Of a stretch of 64,000 nucleotides of DNA, positions 23,183 to 32,962 are shown one piece after another (position 1 is the first letter of the stretch; every line of letters starts with the position of its first letter). The stretch lies in the NCBI GenBank assembly GCA_965242865.1, contig CBDETK010000008.1:64001-128000 (forward strand), given 5' to 3'. Under the pieces are notes generated by a model. That model was not told the DNA's origin, searched no databases, and saw only the letters and a list, made by a program, of their open reading frames with translations. The DNA comes from Candidatus Latescibacterota bacterium. GTDB taxonomy: Bacteria; Latescibacterota; UBA2968; UBA8231. Made by a program: the position numbers and the translations under genes.

Positions 23183-24346
23183 ATGCACTACGAGCGAACC
23201 CTACGCTTGGATCTTCCGCGAGGCCAGTCGGCTTTCCTCTGGGGGCCTCGCAAGGTAGGCAAGTCAACGCTGTTGCGCGAGCGATTCCCGGACTCCGCTC
23301 GCTTCGACCTGCTGGACACGCGCCTGATGCTGGAGCTGACGCGTTCCCCATGGGCGCTTTCGGAACGGGTGCGCGCCTTGGAGCCGGGCGTTCGCGCCAG
23401 ACACATCGTTATCGATGAAGTGCAAAAGGTACCGACCGTTCTGGACGAGATCCACCGGTTGATCGAGGACGACGGCCTGAGCTTCGTGCTTTGCGGCTCC
23501 AGTGCCAGGAAGCTGAAGCGCACGGGCTCGAACCTGCTCGGCGGGCGCGCATGGCGCTTCGCCCTCCAGCCGCTAGCTTGGCTGGAGGTGCCGGCGTTCG
23601 ACATCCTGCAGGCCGTGAACCGCGGACTGGTCCCGCAACACTATGACAGTGCGCAGCACCGTCGCGCTCTCGCGGGATATGTGGAGGATTACTTGAAGGA
23701 GGAGGTGTTCGCCGAAGGGCTGACGAGGAACGTGGCCGCGTTCGCCCGGTTCTTCGAGACGCTCTCGTTCTGCCACGGCGAATTGGTCAATTACAGCGAC
23801 ATTGCCCGCGACTGCGGCGTGGATTCCAAGACCGTCCGCGAGTATTTCCAGATTCTCGTCGACACGCTACTCGGAGTCTTCGTGGAGCCGTTCAGCCGCC
23901 GTCGCTCGCGCGCGGTCATCACCCGTGCCCCGAAGTTCTACTTGTTCGATGTCGGGGTCGCGGGCCACCTCGCCGGACGGCGGATCGAGCGTCCGTCCGG
24001 CGCGGAGTTTGGGCGCGCCTTCGAGCACTTCCTGCTGATGGAACTGCTCGCCTATCGCGCTTATCGCGAGCGCGATTTCCCGGTGCGCTTCTGGCGCACC
24101 AAGTCGGGACTGGAATGCGATTTCGTGCTGGGCGCGGACGGTGCCACGGTGATTGCAGCGAAGGGTGGCGGACGAGTCCGGCCGTCGGAACTTGCGGGAA
24201 TCCGCGCTTTTGTCGACGAGCATGAGCCCCGTCACGCCGTGGTGGTGTGCAACGAGAGCGACGCTAGACGGACGCCGGACGGAGTCTGGATATTGCCGTG
24301 GCGTCAGTTCCTCGAACGGCTCTGGGCGGACGAGTTCTTCGATTGA
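23183..24346 (+). CDS. AAA_14 ATPase with DUF4143 domain
   Basis: GPRKVGKST, IDEVQK, CGSS, LLGGRA, PKFYLFDVG and FWRTKSGLECDFV motifs. Confidence 0.9.
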   Translation: MHYERTLRLDLPRGQSAFLWGPRKVGKSTLLRERFPDSARFDLLDTRLMLELTRSPWALSERVRALEPGVRARHIVIDEVQKVPTVLDEIHRLIEDDGLSFVLCGSSARKLKRTGSNLLGGRAWRFALQPLAWLEVPAFDILQAVNRGLVPQHYDSAQHRRALAGYVEDYLKEEVFAEGLTRNVAAFARFFETLSFCHGELVNYSDIARDCGVDSKTVREYFQILVDTLLGVFVEPFSRRRSRAVITRAPKFYLFDVGVAGHLAGRRIERPSGAEFGRAFEHFLLMELLAYRAYRERDFPVRFWRTKSGLECDFVLGADGATVIAAKGGGRVRPSELAGIRAFVDEHEPRHAVVVCNESDARRTPDGVWILPWRQFLERLWADEFFD

Positions 24347-24579
24347 CCGACCAGGCTCGGGTATCCGGTCACCAAGCTGCCGAACCATGCGCCGGTGCCG
24401 TTGCGCCCCCGGTGCCGGTGATCGCTTTCCGCTTGATCTTCAACGGTCGTTGCAAAGTTCCGCTCCGAATCCTGCGGTGCTGTCTCGCCGACTCAGGTCG
24501 ATGTGCGCTGCAACCCCAACCAAGCGGGAAGACGGGAGCGGAAGGTGACGCTCCCGTCAAATCGTGCCGCGCCCGAGCC

Positions 24580-27500
24580 CTACGGTGCGGGATTGTAGTC
24601 GGCTCCGAACGAGCCGTAGATCTTGCCGGCGCCGTTGTTCCCGCCGGTGGCGCTCATCCAGTGCCCCGTACCGTATTGAGCACCGGTGCCGATGATCGCC
24701 CATGTCCCCATCACGGCCAACGGGCCGTCGGGGCCTTGGCCCACGAACATGCCGCTGATTTCCGCGGAAAGATCGATATCCGATTTCGCGACGTTCAAGT
24801 AGCCTCTTGCGGGGCCGCTGAAGAAATCGTCGAAACTGGCCTCCGGAGTCCGCGGGGCGGACCAAACGACGTGAGACTTTTGGTTGCGGGGACCGGAGCC
24901 GTCCGGATCCGTAGCGAATATGCTCCCTGTCGAGAAGCCTCCGACAGCATTCTCCAAGGTGGTTCCGTCCTCAAACTCCAAGACCACCCTGCCGTTGCCC
25001 GAAGTCGGCCTTTCGTACGTCGCGGACACGAGTTCCAACTTGTGTCCCAACCGTCCGTCCGCGTCAGTCCACTCGGAGTTGGCCAGACTGTTCAACTGCG
25101 CGAGGCCCGCGGCGTCCATGGAAACCGAGGATCCGGGGTCCGGCGGATCGCTGGTGTCGAAGAGATTGATGAAATCCTGCCGAGCAACCCCCGGCAGGTT
25201 GTCGGCCGCGTTAATCGCTCGGCCGTCGCTCGGGCGGTTCCCGCCGCTGTGGTGAACGCGCAACCTCCCCGCGCTTAGTTCTAGCGTGTTGATGTTCCAG
25301 AGGGTGTCGTCCCGGTACCCCTTCAACTCGCCAGGGAGGTCCGCGTACGTGATCTCGACGTCAATGTCGGTCTCCTCGAAGCCGATCTTGCCGCTCGCGT
25401 CGGCCCCGATGTCAGCCCAGAACGTCAGCGTCTCGACATCGAACGTGCCGGGCCTGGACCGCGTGAAGGTATTGTCCGCGGCCCGGTAGTTGATCAAGCC
25501 GTGCTGCAGCAAGCCGAAGCCCCCTCCGGATTCCCGGGCGGTCAGGTCGCTGATGTCGACGCGGAGGTCGCCCGCGACGGTCGCGGCGTCCCATTGCACC
25601 CGTGCCGTGACATCGCCTTCATAGAAGACGGTGTGCTGCATGGCCACCGTTCTCCCCTCGTAAGTCGCCAGCACGCCGGCGGGGTATCTCGACGAGCTGA
25701 TCGAGTCGTAATCCGACTGGGCCAGCGGGCTGTAAGCGAACGGCTCGCCGAACTCCTCGATCCTGTGGTAGCCGCTGTAGCTCCCATTCCGCCAGGACGA
25801 CAGCCGGTGGGCCGCGTACTGGCTCGTGTGGATCTGCCAGGCTCCCAAGCGGGTATGGTCCGTGGTATCGGTCAGAAACAGGATTCGCGTCGGCGACTTG
25901 TTCCACATGATATCGACCGAAGGATCGACGCCGCTGCCGCTGTCGAACCCGCTATCCGCCTTGCCGTAGAAGATCCCGCCCTCCGCGAAAGCGTCCGCGA
26001 AAGCGTCCCGGTTCTCCAGTGCTGCCAGCACGTCTTCGACCCGGGTGATGACCTCGCGGTCCCTGGCCAGGCCCGCGCTAGTCACCGGGTAATCGCTGTG
26101 AGCCGTCCACGCGGTCGCCGCGTCTCCCTCGAGTGGCGTCGTCTCGGCCGGGTCCAGCACGCCGCTATCCCGGCTCGCGTCCCTGCCCCGCGTGATGAAG
26201 TCCTTGCCTCTGTTGTCCGGGCCCAGCAGATGGCCTCGGATCCAGTTCTGCATCTCGTCGAAGATTCGCTGTCGCTGGTCGTTGGCGAAGCGGGTGTCGT
26301 CGGCGCTCGCTTCCGCGCCGTCCAGGCTGACCACTCTCCGCAACTGGCCGAGCAGCTTGGTGAGCTCTTCCCGGACGACTTGGACATGCGTCGGCGACTT
26401 GAACTCGGCCGATGCGGCGACCCGCACACGAGAATCTCTGGATTGCGGCTCGTACCCGTCCGTGAACAGCCGCTCGCGATCCAGCGTGAACTTGTAGAAA
26501 TTGCGAGGTTCGTTCTTGAAGTCGTAAAACTCGTAGCTGCGGTCGTCTCCGAGGTTCCCCAAGCGCAAGTAGCTCGCGACGACGAGGTTGTTGTTCTCGG
26601 TGCTGATCGTAGTCCGCGACTCGGTGATCGCCACTCCCGGCTCTCCTCCCGGATATTCGATCGGCTCTAGATCCGATGCCGGGCGCAACCCGCCGTTTCC
26701 CGACCGTCTCGACAGTACCACCCGTCTGGAGACGCTCGCGGCCGTCGCAAAGTCGGGTTCTGGCGGCGCGGTCGTCGACATCAACGTGCCGTCGTCGCGG
26801 GCCGCGCCGAAAACAGCTGCCGCTACTTCCAAGGGATTCTGGGACGCGCTGCCTGCCGCTACCGTGCTCCGGAAGGCGGTCACGGCGGCACTCGCCGCCG
26901 CAACGGTGTATCCCGCTCTCCGCAGCGCCGCTTGGAACTGGCTCACGGCCGCCTCGACCGCAGCTTCGTCCGCCGGGTCCAGCGCGGCCTGCTCGCCCAG
27001 CCCGGCCGCCGACAGCGCCAGCCGGAATTGGTCCTCCTCCAAAGGCTCGCCTAGGATGCCCCGGGCCCGGGCCGTGCTGAACGCGTTCGCAGCCGTTCGC
27101 GATATGTCCTGATCCGGAGTGCCTGCCAGCACAGTCTGTCGGAAGGAAAGCGCTACCGTGCGCGCCGCGGCCGGGCCGTAACCGGCCGCCAGCAAAGCTG
27201 CTTGGAATCGATTCACCACCGCCTCCACGGCGTCGGTGTCCGCCGGGTCCAACGCACTGCCCTCGCCCAGTCCGGCTGCCTCCAGCGCCGTACCGAACAG
27301 GGAGCGCTCGCGGGCCGCCTGCCGGTCCGACGGAATCGGGGCGCGCATCGCCCCGAAGCCGCCCGCCAGGAGCGTGGACCCGCGACTGTCCGCGATCTTC
27401 CAGGCCCCAAGCACCTGCGCGCCGACATCGACCTCGCGGCCCAGCAGTCGACCGCTGAAATCGCCCTCGACGCCCGTCTCCAGTTCCGGTGCGCCGCCCG

Positions 27501-29547
27501 GCAGCGAGTAGTAGGACAGCCGTACCGCGCCCTCGCGCTCCGCCCAACTGCCGTTGCGCCGCAGGTTCGCTTCCGGCAGCGTGATCGCCTCGACCGCCCC
27601 GCCGAAGCCGTACGTCCAAGCCGCGCCGGTGTCCGTCCGCGCTAGATTCAGCACCACGCCGTCCACTCGTTGCGGCCCGAATCGCACCTGCACGTCCATG
27701 TCGCCCGCGTACAAGACGCCCTTGCTGTCTGCCGCGTAGGTCCCGCCGGTGTAGTAGGCGTTGCCTTGCACTTGGACATGGTTAGCCCTTCGCACGGGCT
27801 CCACGGTCGACCACGCGAACCCTTGCGCCCGCCGTCCGCTCGACAGTTCCTTGGTCGCGTCAGCCCTCTCCACGTAGCTCGCCGCGCCGTAACGCACGTC
27901 TCCAATCACGCTCAGGGCGGCTTCTGCTGTCCACTCTTCCGCGTCGAAGGCCTTGGCCGCGTTCGCCGCGCTGAGCGTATTGAACCCTCCGATGAAGTCG
28001 CTGCCGCCCTGCTCGGTCGCCGCCGCCAGGCTCTCCGCGCTCGAGAACGCTTCCACTACCCGGTCGAACGAGTCCAGCAGCCGATTCCGGTTGTATTCGC
28101 GCTCCAACTCCAAGTCGTCATCGCCGAAGAACGCCCTCAGATGCCTCTCCGCGCTCGCCCAGTGACGGTCGAGCAGGCTCCTGAAGGTGGCCTGACTGTC
28201 CGCGAAGGTCCCGGCCCGCTCCGTCTCCACGAGCCGCTCCATCTGGCCGCGGATCTTGGTCAGCTCGGTCAGCGTGCTCGCTGCCAGACGCGGTCCCGCC
28301 GCGGTAGCCTGCCCGCTGCCCAGCAGGTCGCCCATGGCGAACTCCGCCTGCACAACCTCCAGCGTCACGCCCGTCTCGTCGATTGCGGTCTTGCGGTCGT
28401 CCGTGCTCAGCATCGGCAATTCGTTGGCGCCCGCAGCGTCCTCCTTCATGGCCGTGCCCTCAGCCATCGGCAGGTCGTAGCGCATGCCCGAGAACATGCC
28501 CTCGGCGTCCATTGCCACGCGATACAGCGCGCCGTACAAGGAGATGTTGCCGCTGCCGTCGGCCGGCAGCGTGACGCCGGTCGCGCCTGCTACCGAGTAG
28601 CCCCCGCTGTCCTCGTCGCGCGTCACCTGCAGATCCGTGCCCGCGACCTGCAGAGCCTCCGGCGCGTACTCGGCCGTCCAGACGCCGTCGGCCAGAGTCA
28701 GCGTGTAGGCGTTGGTGTCGCCCGCTTGGTTCTCCGCCTCGACGGTGCCGCCCGACGCCACGGTCCGCTCGCCCATCTGCCACGAGCCGTCCTCGGATCG
28801 CGACACCGTCGCCGAGCCGCCTTCGGCGCCCAGCGCCAGCGTCTGCACAGTGGCCCTGTAGGTGCCCACCCAGCCACCGCGCTCGGTGCGCTCCAGCGCG
28901 TACTCGTTGCCGTTCGCGGTGACGATCGCCCCCGCCATCACGGTCATGCCGTCCGCGTCCTGGAAGGTGTCGTCCTCTTGTCGATACAGCGTCAGCGTGC
29001 CGCCCAGCTGGCCTAGCGCTGCCGTCACGGCCTCCGGCACGTACACGGCCATGGGCACGCCATCCTCTCCCAGCTCAACGCCGTAAGTGTTGCCGTTCTC
29101 GGTGGTGTAACGTGTTTCGGCGGTGATGGTCGTGCCGTCGGGGAGCGCGTAGGAGCCGTCCTCTTGGCGGGTGATGATGACCAATTCGCCTCTGGTCCCC
29201 AGCGGAACGGTCACTTCAACCGGGTTGTAGGTCGCCGCCCACGTACCGTCCTCGCTCATGCTGAGGGTGTAGCTGTTGCCGTTCGAGCTGGTCGTCATGG
29301 TCTCGCCGGATATGACCGGTGCGCCGTCCAGCGTGTAGCCGCCGGATTCGGTGGGCATCAAGGTCACCGACTCGTCGCTGGAGCCGAGTGCGACCTCCAC
29401 GGCGTGTGAGTGGGACCGTGCCGGGGGACCGGTTACAGCGCCTTGCTCGTCAACCCCGAGCGCTGCCGGACAAAGTGCCAGCACGATGCATGGTGCGAGA
29501 AGGGATCGCCCCCCCCCATTTCTGTGCCCGAGTCGAAAGATCGTCAT
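24580..29547 (-). CDS. Giant secreted/surface protein with beta-repeats and two TbpB-like barrel modules
   Basis: 1655-aa ORF; signal peptide; four ~60-aa repeats; two G.F.G...G.W...G.FGA barrel ends. Confidence 0.75.
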   Translation of the reverse strand: MTIFRLGHRNGGGRSLLAPCIVLALCPAALGVDEQGAVTGPPARSHSHAVEVALGSSDESVTLMPTESGGYTLDGAPVISGETMTTSSNGNSYTLSMSEDGTWAATYNPVEVTVPLGTRGELVIITRQEDGSYALPDGTTITAETRYTTENGNTYGVELGEDGVPMAVYVPEAVTAALGQLGGTLTLYRQEDDTFQDADGMTVMAGAIVTANGNEYALERTERGGWVGTYRATVQTLALGAEGGSATVSRSEDGSWQMGERTVASGGTVEAENQAGDTNAYTLTLADGVWTAEYAPEALQVAGTDLQVTRDEDSGGYSVAGATGVTLPADGSGNISLYGALYRVAMDAEGMFSGMRYDLPMAEGTAMKEDAAGANELPMLSTDDRKTAIDETGVTLEVVQAEFAMGDLLGSGQATAAGPRLAASTLTELTKIRGQMERLVETERAGTFADSQATFRSLLDRHWASAERHLRAFFGDDDLELEREYNRNRLLDSFDRVVEAFSSAESLAAATEQGGSDFIGGFNTLSAANAAKAFDAEEWTAEAALSVIGDVRYGAASYVERADATKELSSGRRAQGFAWSTVEPVRRANHVQVQGNAYYTGGTYAADSKGVLYAGDMDVQVRFGPQRVDGVVLNLARTDTGAAWTYGFGGAVEAITLPEANLRRNGSWAEREGAVRLSYYSLPGGAPELETGVEGDFSGRLLGREVDVGAQVLGAWKIADSRGSTLLAGGFGAMRAPIPSDRQAARERSLFGTALEAAGLGEGSALDPADTDAVEAVVNRFQAALLAAGYGPAAARTVALSFRQTVLAGTPDQDISRTAANAFSTARARGILGEPLEEDQFRLALSAAGLGEQAALDPADEAAVEAAVSQFQAALRRAGYTVAAASAAVTAFRSTVAAGSASQNPLEVAAAVFGAARDDGTLMSTTAPPEPDFATAASVSRRVVLSRRSGNGGLRPASDLEPIEYPGGEPGVAITESRTTISTENNNLVVASYLRLGNLGDDRSYEFYDFKNEPRNFYKFTLDRERLFTDGYEPQSRDSRVRVAASAEFKSPTHVQVVREELTKLLGQLRRVVSLDGAEASADDTRFANDQRQRIFDEMQNWIRGHLLGPDNRGKDFITRGRDASRDSGVLDPAETTPLEGDAATAWTAHSDYPVTSAGLARDREVITRVEDVLAALENRDAFADAFAEGGIFYGKADSGFDSGSGVDPSVDIMWNKSPTRILFLTDTTDHTRLGAWQIHTSQYAAHRLSSWRNGSYSGYHRIEEFGEPFAYSPLAQSDYDSISSSRYPAGVLATYEGRTVAMQHTVFYEGDVTARVQWDAATVAGDLRVDISDLTARESGGGFGLLQHGLINYRAADNTFTRSRPGTFDVETLTFWADIGADASGKIGFEETDIDVEITYADLPGELKGYRDDTLWNINTLELSAGRLRVHHSGGNRPSDGRAINAADNLPGVARQDFINLFDTSDPPDPGSSVSMDAAGLAQLNSLANSEWTDADGRLGHKLELVSATYERPTSGNGRVVLEFEDGTTLENAVGGFSTGSIFATDPDGSGPRNQKSHVVWSAPRTPEASFDDFFSGPARGYLNVAKSDIDLSAEISGMFVGQGPDGPLAVMGTWAIIGTGAQYGTGHWMSATGGNNGAGKIYGSFGADYNPAP
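26782..27297 (-). repeat. Tandem 270-nt (90-aa) Ala-rich helical repeat inside the giant ORF
   Basis: FGTALEAAGLGEGSALDPAD...FQAALLAAGY versus FRLALSAAGLGEQAALDPAD...FQAALRRAGY. Confidence 0.85.
29509..29517 (-). repeat. G9 homopolymer in the 5' coding region (Gly-Gly-Gly)
   Basis: C9 on the + strand; codons 11-13 of the giant ORF. Confidence 0.9.
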
Positions 29548-29594
29548 TGCTGAACCTACACAAGCCCTGTTTCAGTCATCACCAGAAACTGCTC

Positions 29595-29606
29595 GGGGGG
29601 GGGGGG
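29595..29606. repeat. G12/C12 homopolymer about 50 nt upstream of the giant ORF
   Basis: Twelve consecutive G on the + strand. Confidence 0.9.
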
Positions 29607-30230
29607 TGAAGACTGACACTTTCCCCGACCTTCTCCCGATCGCGCCTGCGCTCCTCGCGAAAGCCCGACTCTTGATATTGTAGACTGATCGTGCGGAGCA
29701 TTGTCAACTCTACTGCATCCGGGCGGTACAGGGGATGGCAATCCGAATATCAAAACTTTGTAAAGAATCTGATCAAGAGTGAAATCTGCCCATCGCTCGC
29801 CAGTCCGCCGATGCGGAAAATCGAATGTCTGGACAATCGGCTTGGAGGAACCGCAGGGGCGAGACTTCGCAACTAGAAGCTAGACCTACTTCTATTCGGG
29901 ACGAACGATCCGGCGAGACAGCTTGTGGTATACGGGGTGTCTTGGCCGTAGCGCGCACCGGGGATTTGATCGCCGAGACAATGAGAAAGCCATGCACGAC
30001 GCGTCAAGGCCGCAAGAAGCCTAGCCAATGACGAAGGGGACGAACCACGTTTGACCGTCGGTCCGGAGTGATTCGTCGGAGTGCGCGGGGGCGGGCAATG
30101 CCTCGTGTTTTCAATCGTCGACGCGGCGGGACTCAGACGAGTTAACCCGCAGGGCCCGGTTGGTTCGATGACGCGACGGAATATCGCAGTTGCACGAATT
30201 GCGCCGCAGAGCACGTGCCCTCCCGATGCC

Positions 30231-31721
30231 TCACAGTTCGGCGAGTTCCGGATTCTCGGCGGCCCATTCCAAGAAGTCCTCGACGGTATAGAACGTCTCG
30301 TGCCTGTACAGCCGGCCCCGGTCCTCGACCGGCACTGTCCAGTCGTGGTCCCACGAGTCTCCCGTGCGCTCCATCCAGTCCGCAATCTTTCCTTCGAGCT
30401 CGGCTTGGATTGCCGCCGCCTCGGGCTTGTCAACCAGGTTGTTTAGTTCGTAGGGATCCGCATCGAGGTCATAGAGAACCCAAGGAGCCTCCCTCGTGCG
30501 GGCGTACATGTAACGCTTGGTTCGGACCCCGCGCCAACCCGCGTCGACGCCTCCCGAGATGTACGGCCCGAGGATCTGGAAGTAAGCGGATTCCGGCCCG
30601 CTCTCGGACTCGCCGAGAATGACCGCCGACAGATCGCTGCCCTGCATCGCCGGATCGGGGTCCAAGCCGCATAGCGAAAGGAGGGTAGGGGCCATGTCGA
30701 CATGCGAGAACAGCTCGTCCGTCACGCGACCGCCCGGAGCCCGCGGGTGCCGCACGATGCCCGGCACATTGATCGATTCCTCCCAAGGCTTGCGCTTCAG
30801 GCGCGCTCCCTGCGAACCGAGCATGTCTCCGTGGTCCGAGGAAACGACCACGATCGTGTTCTCCCGCAAGCCCAGAGCGTCCAGTTCGGCCATGAGCCGG
30901 CCGACTTCGACGTCAAGCGCCGTGATCATGGCGTAGTAGGCCGTGATTTCCTTGCGGCCCGGTATCCTGCGATTCGGATTCGACTCCGGATCGGGAGTCG
31001 ATTCCTCGCCCTTGTAATTGGGGCGGAGCGTGATCGCTTCCGGGTCGTACATCGCCATGTAGTCCTCCGGCGCGATGTAGGGGTTGTGGGGCGGACCCAT
31101 CTGAACGGTCAGGAAGAACGGACGCTTGTCTTCGCGGGTCTGCTGCAGGAACTCGATGCCCAGATCCGCCCAGACCTCGGCCTCGAACCGCTTGATCGGG
31201 ATGGGCTCCGGATCGTCGCGGAAGTATTGCGTGTCGAAATGCCGGTGGCTGACTTCGTTGGCTGCCCAGAACTCGAAGCCTTGGCGGCGCGGTCCGGGCG
31301 GGATCCAGCCTGGCTGGCGCGGCCCGCCGTCCAGGTGCCACTTGCCGATAAAGCCCGTCCTGTAGCCGGCCTCAGCGAAAAGCTCGGCAACGCTCGTTTC
31401 GGACTCGCGCAAGCGGAGGTCGTTGGCGACCATGCCGTTGGCATGGGCGTACTTGCCGGTGAGGATGATCGCTCGCGCCGGGCAGCACACCGGTGTGTTG
31501 GCGAGATGATTGCGGAACAAGAGCCCTTCGGAGGCCAGCTTGTCCAGGTGGGGTGACTTGACGTCGGGGTTGCCCATGCACCCCATCGCGTGAGCCCGCA
31601 TCTGATCGGGGAACAGGAACAGGACGTTGAGCGGTGCGTCCGGTCCTTTGGAACCGGATCCGCAGGCGAGGGTTCCCAGCAGGGCTCCGCCCGAGGCCAT
31701 GAAGTCACGTCGCGTCAGCAT
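30231..31721 (-). CDS. Sulfatase, Tat lipoprotein
   Basis: TRRDF Tat motif; LAC lipobox; CCPAR; GKWHLDG; SDHGDMLG. Confidence 0.93.
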   Translation of the reverse strand: MLTRRDFMASGGALLGTLACGSGSKGPDAPLNVLFLFPDQMRAHAMGCMGNPDVKSPHLDKLASEGLLFRNHLANTPVCCPARAIILTGKYAHANGMVANDLRLRESETSVAELFAEAGYRTGFIGKWHLDGGPRQPGWIPPGPRRQGFEFWAANEVSHRHFDTQYFRDDPEPIPIKRFEAEVWADLGIEFLQQTREDKRPFFLTVQMGPPHNPYIAPEDYMAMYDPEAITLRPNYKGEESTPDPESNPNRRIPGRKEITAYYAMITALDVEVGRLMAELDALGLRENTIVVVSSDHGDMLGSQGARLKRKPWEESINVPGIVRHPRAPGGRVTDELFSHVDMAPTLLSLCGLDPDPAMQGSDLSAVILGESESGPESAYFQILGPYISGGVDAGWRGVRTKRYMYARTREAPWVLYDLDADPYELNNLVDKPEAAAIQAELEGKIADWMERTGDSWDHDWTVPVEDRGRLYRHETFYTVEDFLEWAAENPELAEL

Positions 31722-31811
31722 GCGGTAAAGATTCTAGCGCGGCAAGGCGGTTGGCACACTCGCGAGCATCGCTCGCAGACCCGTCGCACGTCACACTCGC
31801 TGCATTGATCC

Positions 31812-32024
31812 TCAACGCTTCCGGTACTTCGCAAGCAGTGCCTCCCGTCCGCGCTGCGCCTCTTCGAGACTGCGGTATTTGAAGACCCCCTTAGGGAGGG
31901 ATCGCGGTGCCATCTCGCGCAGGGTCTGGTTGTGGCGGATGAAGTGCTCGAAGCAGTCCGTCCGCCGGCGGGGGACCGGCACGGCATTCATCTCCTCGAG
32001 CGACCGAAATCGCTGCACGCCCAT
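31812..32024 (-). CDS. Small protein abutting the nucleotidyltransferase (putative TA partner)
   Basis: ATG directly follows the NTase stop; duplicated motif VQRFRSLEE / VFKYRSLEE. Confidence 0.7.
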   Translation of the reverse strand: MGVQRFRSLEEMNAVPVPRRRTDCFEHFIRHNQTLREMAPRSLPKGVFKYRSLEEAQRGREALLAKYRKR

Positions 32025-32501
32025 CTAACTGTCCTCCTCGAGATCGAAGTGAGCCCGCAGTGCCGCAGCATCTTGGCGATCAATCGGTCTCATGGTCCCT
32101 CTCTTGAGCCGGTGTAGAGCGGCCGGAGTGGCTACTCGGATTCGAACTCCCCGATACTCCATGGTTTCCGCATCGACCGACTCGAACGTCGCCTTCTCGC
32201 TAATTCCGGCGATGAGGTCCAAGCAGAGTTTCTCGCTTGGAGGATAGTATCTGACCACGGGATAGAACCCCATCAGGTCGTCGGCTCGGATTTCTTCAAT
32301 GCTCGGATCGTCTTGATACGCCGACCGGAGGGCCGCGGCGATTCGTTGGATGTTCTCGCGACTTGCTTTGACCAGTAAGTCCACATCTTCGGTTCCCCGA
32401 ATGATCCCATGCATACCCAACGCGGCAGCTCCTACCAAGGTGTACTCGACACCAGCCTGGTCCAAGGCTCTGAAAACACGTATCAACTCTTCGCGATCCA
32501 C
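32025..32501 (-). CDS. Nucleotidyltransferase (DUF6036/AbiEii-like); start GTG 32501 preferred
   Basis: LVGAAALGMHG..RGTEDVDLL; C-terminal LK....R.ID..D. Confidence 0.8.
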   Translation of the reverse strand: MDREELIRVFRALDQAGVEYTLVGAAALGMHGIIRGTEDVDLLVKASRENIQRIAAALRSAYQDDPSIEEIRADDLMGFYPVVRYYPPSEKLCLDLIAGISEKATFESVDAETMEYRGVRIRVATPAALHRLKRGTMRPIDRQDAAALRAHFDLEEDS

Positions 32502-32927
32502 CGTGCCAAGGGTAGCAAGGGAGGAGCTAACTGAGTCCTTGAATCGGGTCATCCGCCTGCGTCGGCCGCTCTTGGGCGAGCGAACCCGAGGTCGATGCGA
32601 ATGCGGGAGCGGCGATCGTGCGTATCCGGCGATTCAGTGCCCTCGAGCGGGAAATCCGCTGCGCTCCGACCGCGAGCGCCCGAGGTGCTCAAGAAGCGCG
32701 ACCCCGCAACGCACCGCGGGCGCGACGCTGCTTGCGGCACTGAGACGAATCGCAGTAAGTGCAACAAGATAGCAGATAATTAGCGACACGCGGTGACTCC
32801 GGACGCGACGGAGCGGCCACGCGGCCAGATCGCAAATACATGAAACAGCTTCGTGCGCTGTGCGCGCATTGTCGGCAACGCGCGCTCGCGCACCACCTAG
32901 GCCGGAGAGCTATGCATCAAGTTGAAC

Positions 32928-32956
32928 TTGAGACGATGTTGCAGAAAGGCTACAAT
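32928..32956 (+). promoter_or_regulatory. Sigma70-type promoter TTGAGA-N17-TACAAT, 6 nt before ATG 32963
   Basis: Near-consensus hexamers, 17-nt spacer, no RBS before the ATG. Confidence 0.65.
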
Positions 32957-32962
32957 CGGGGC

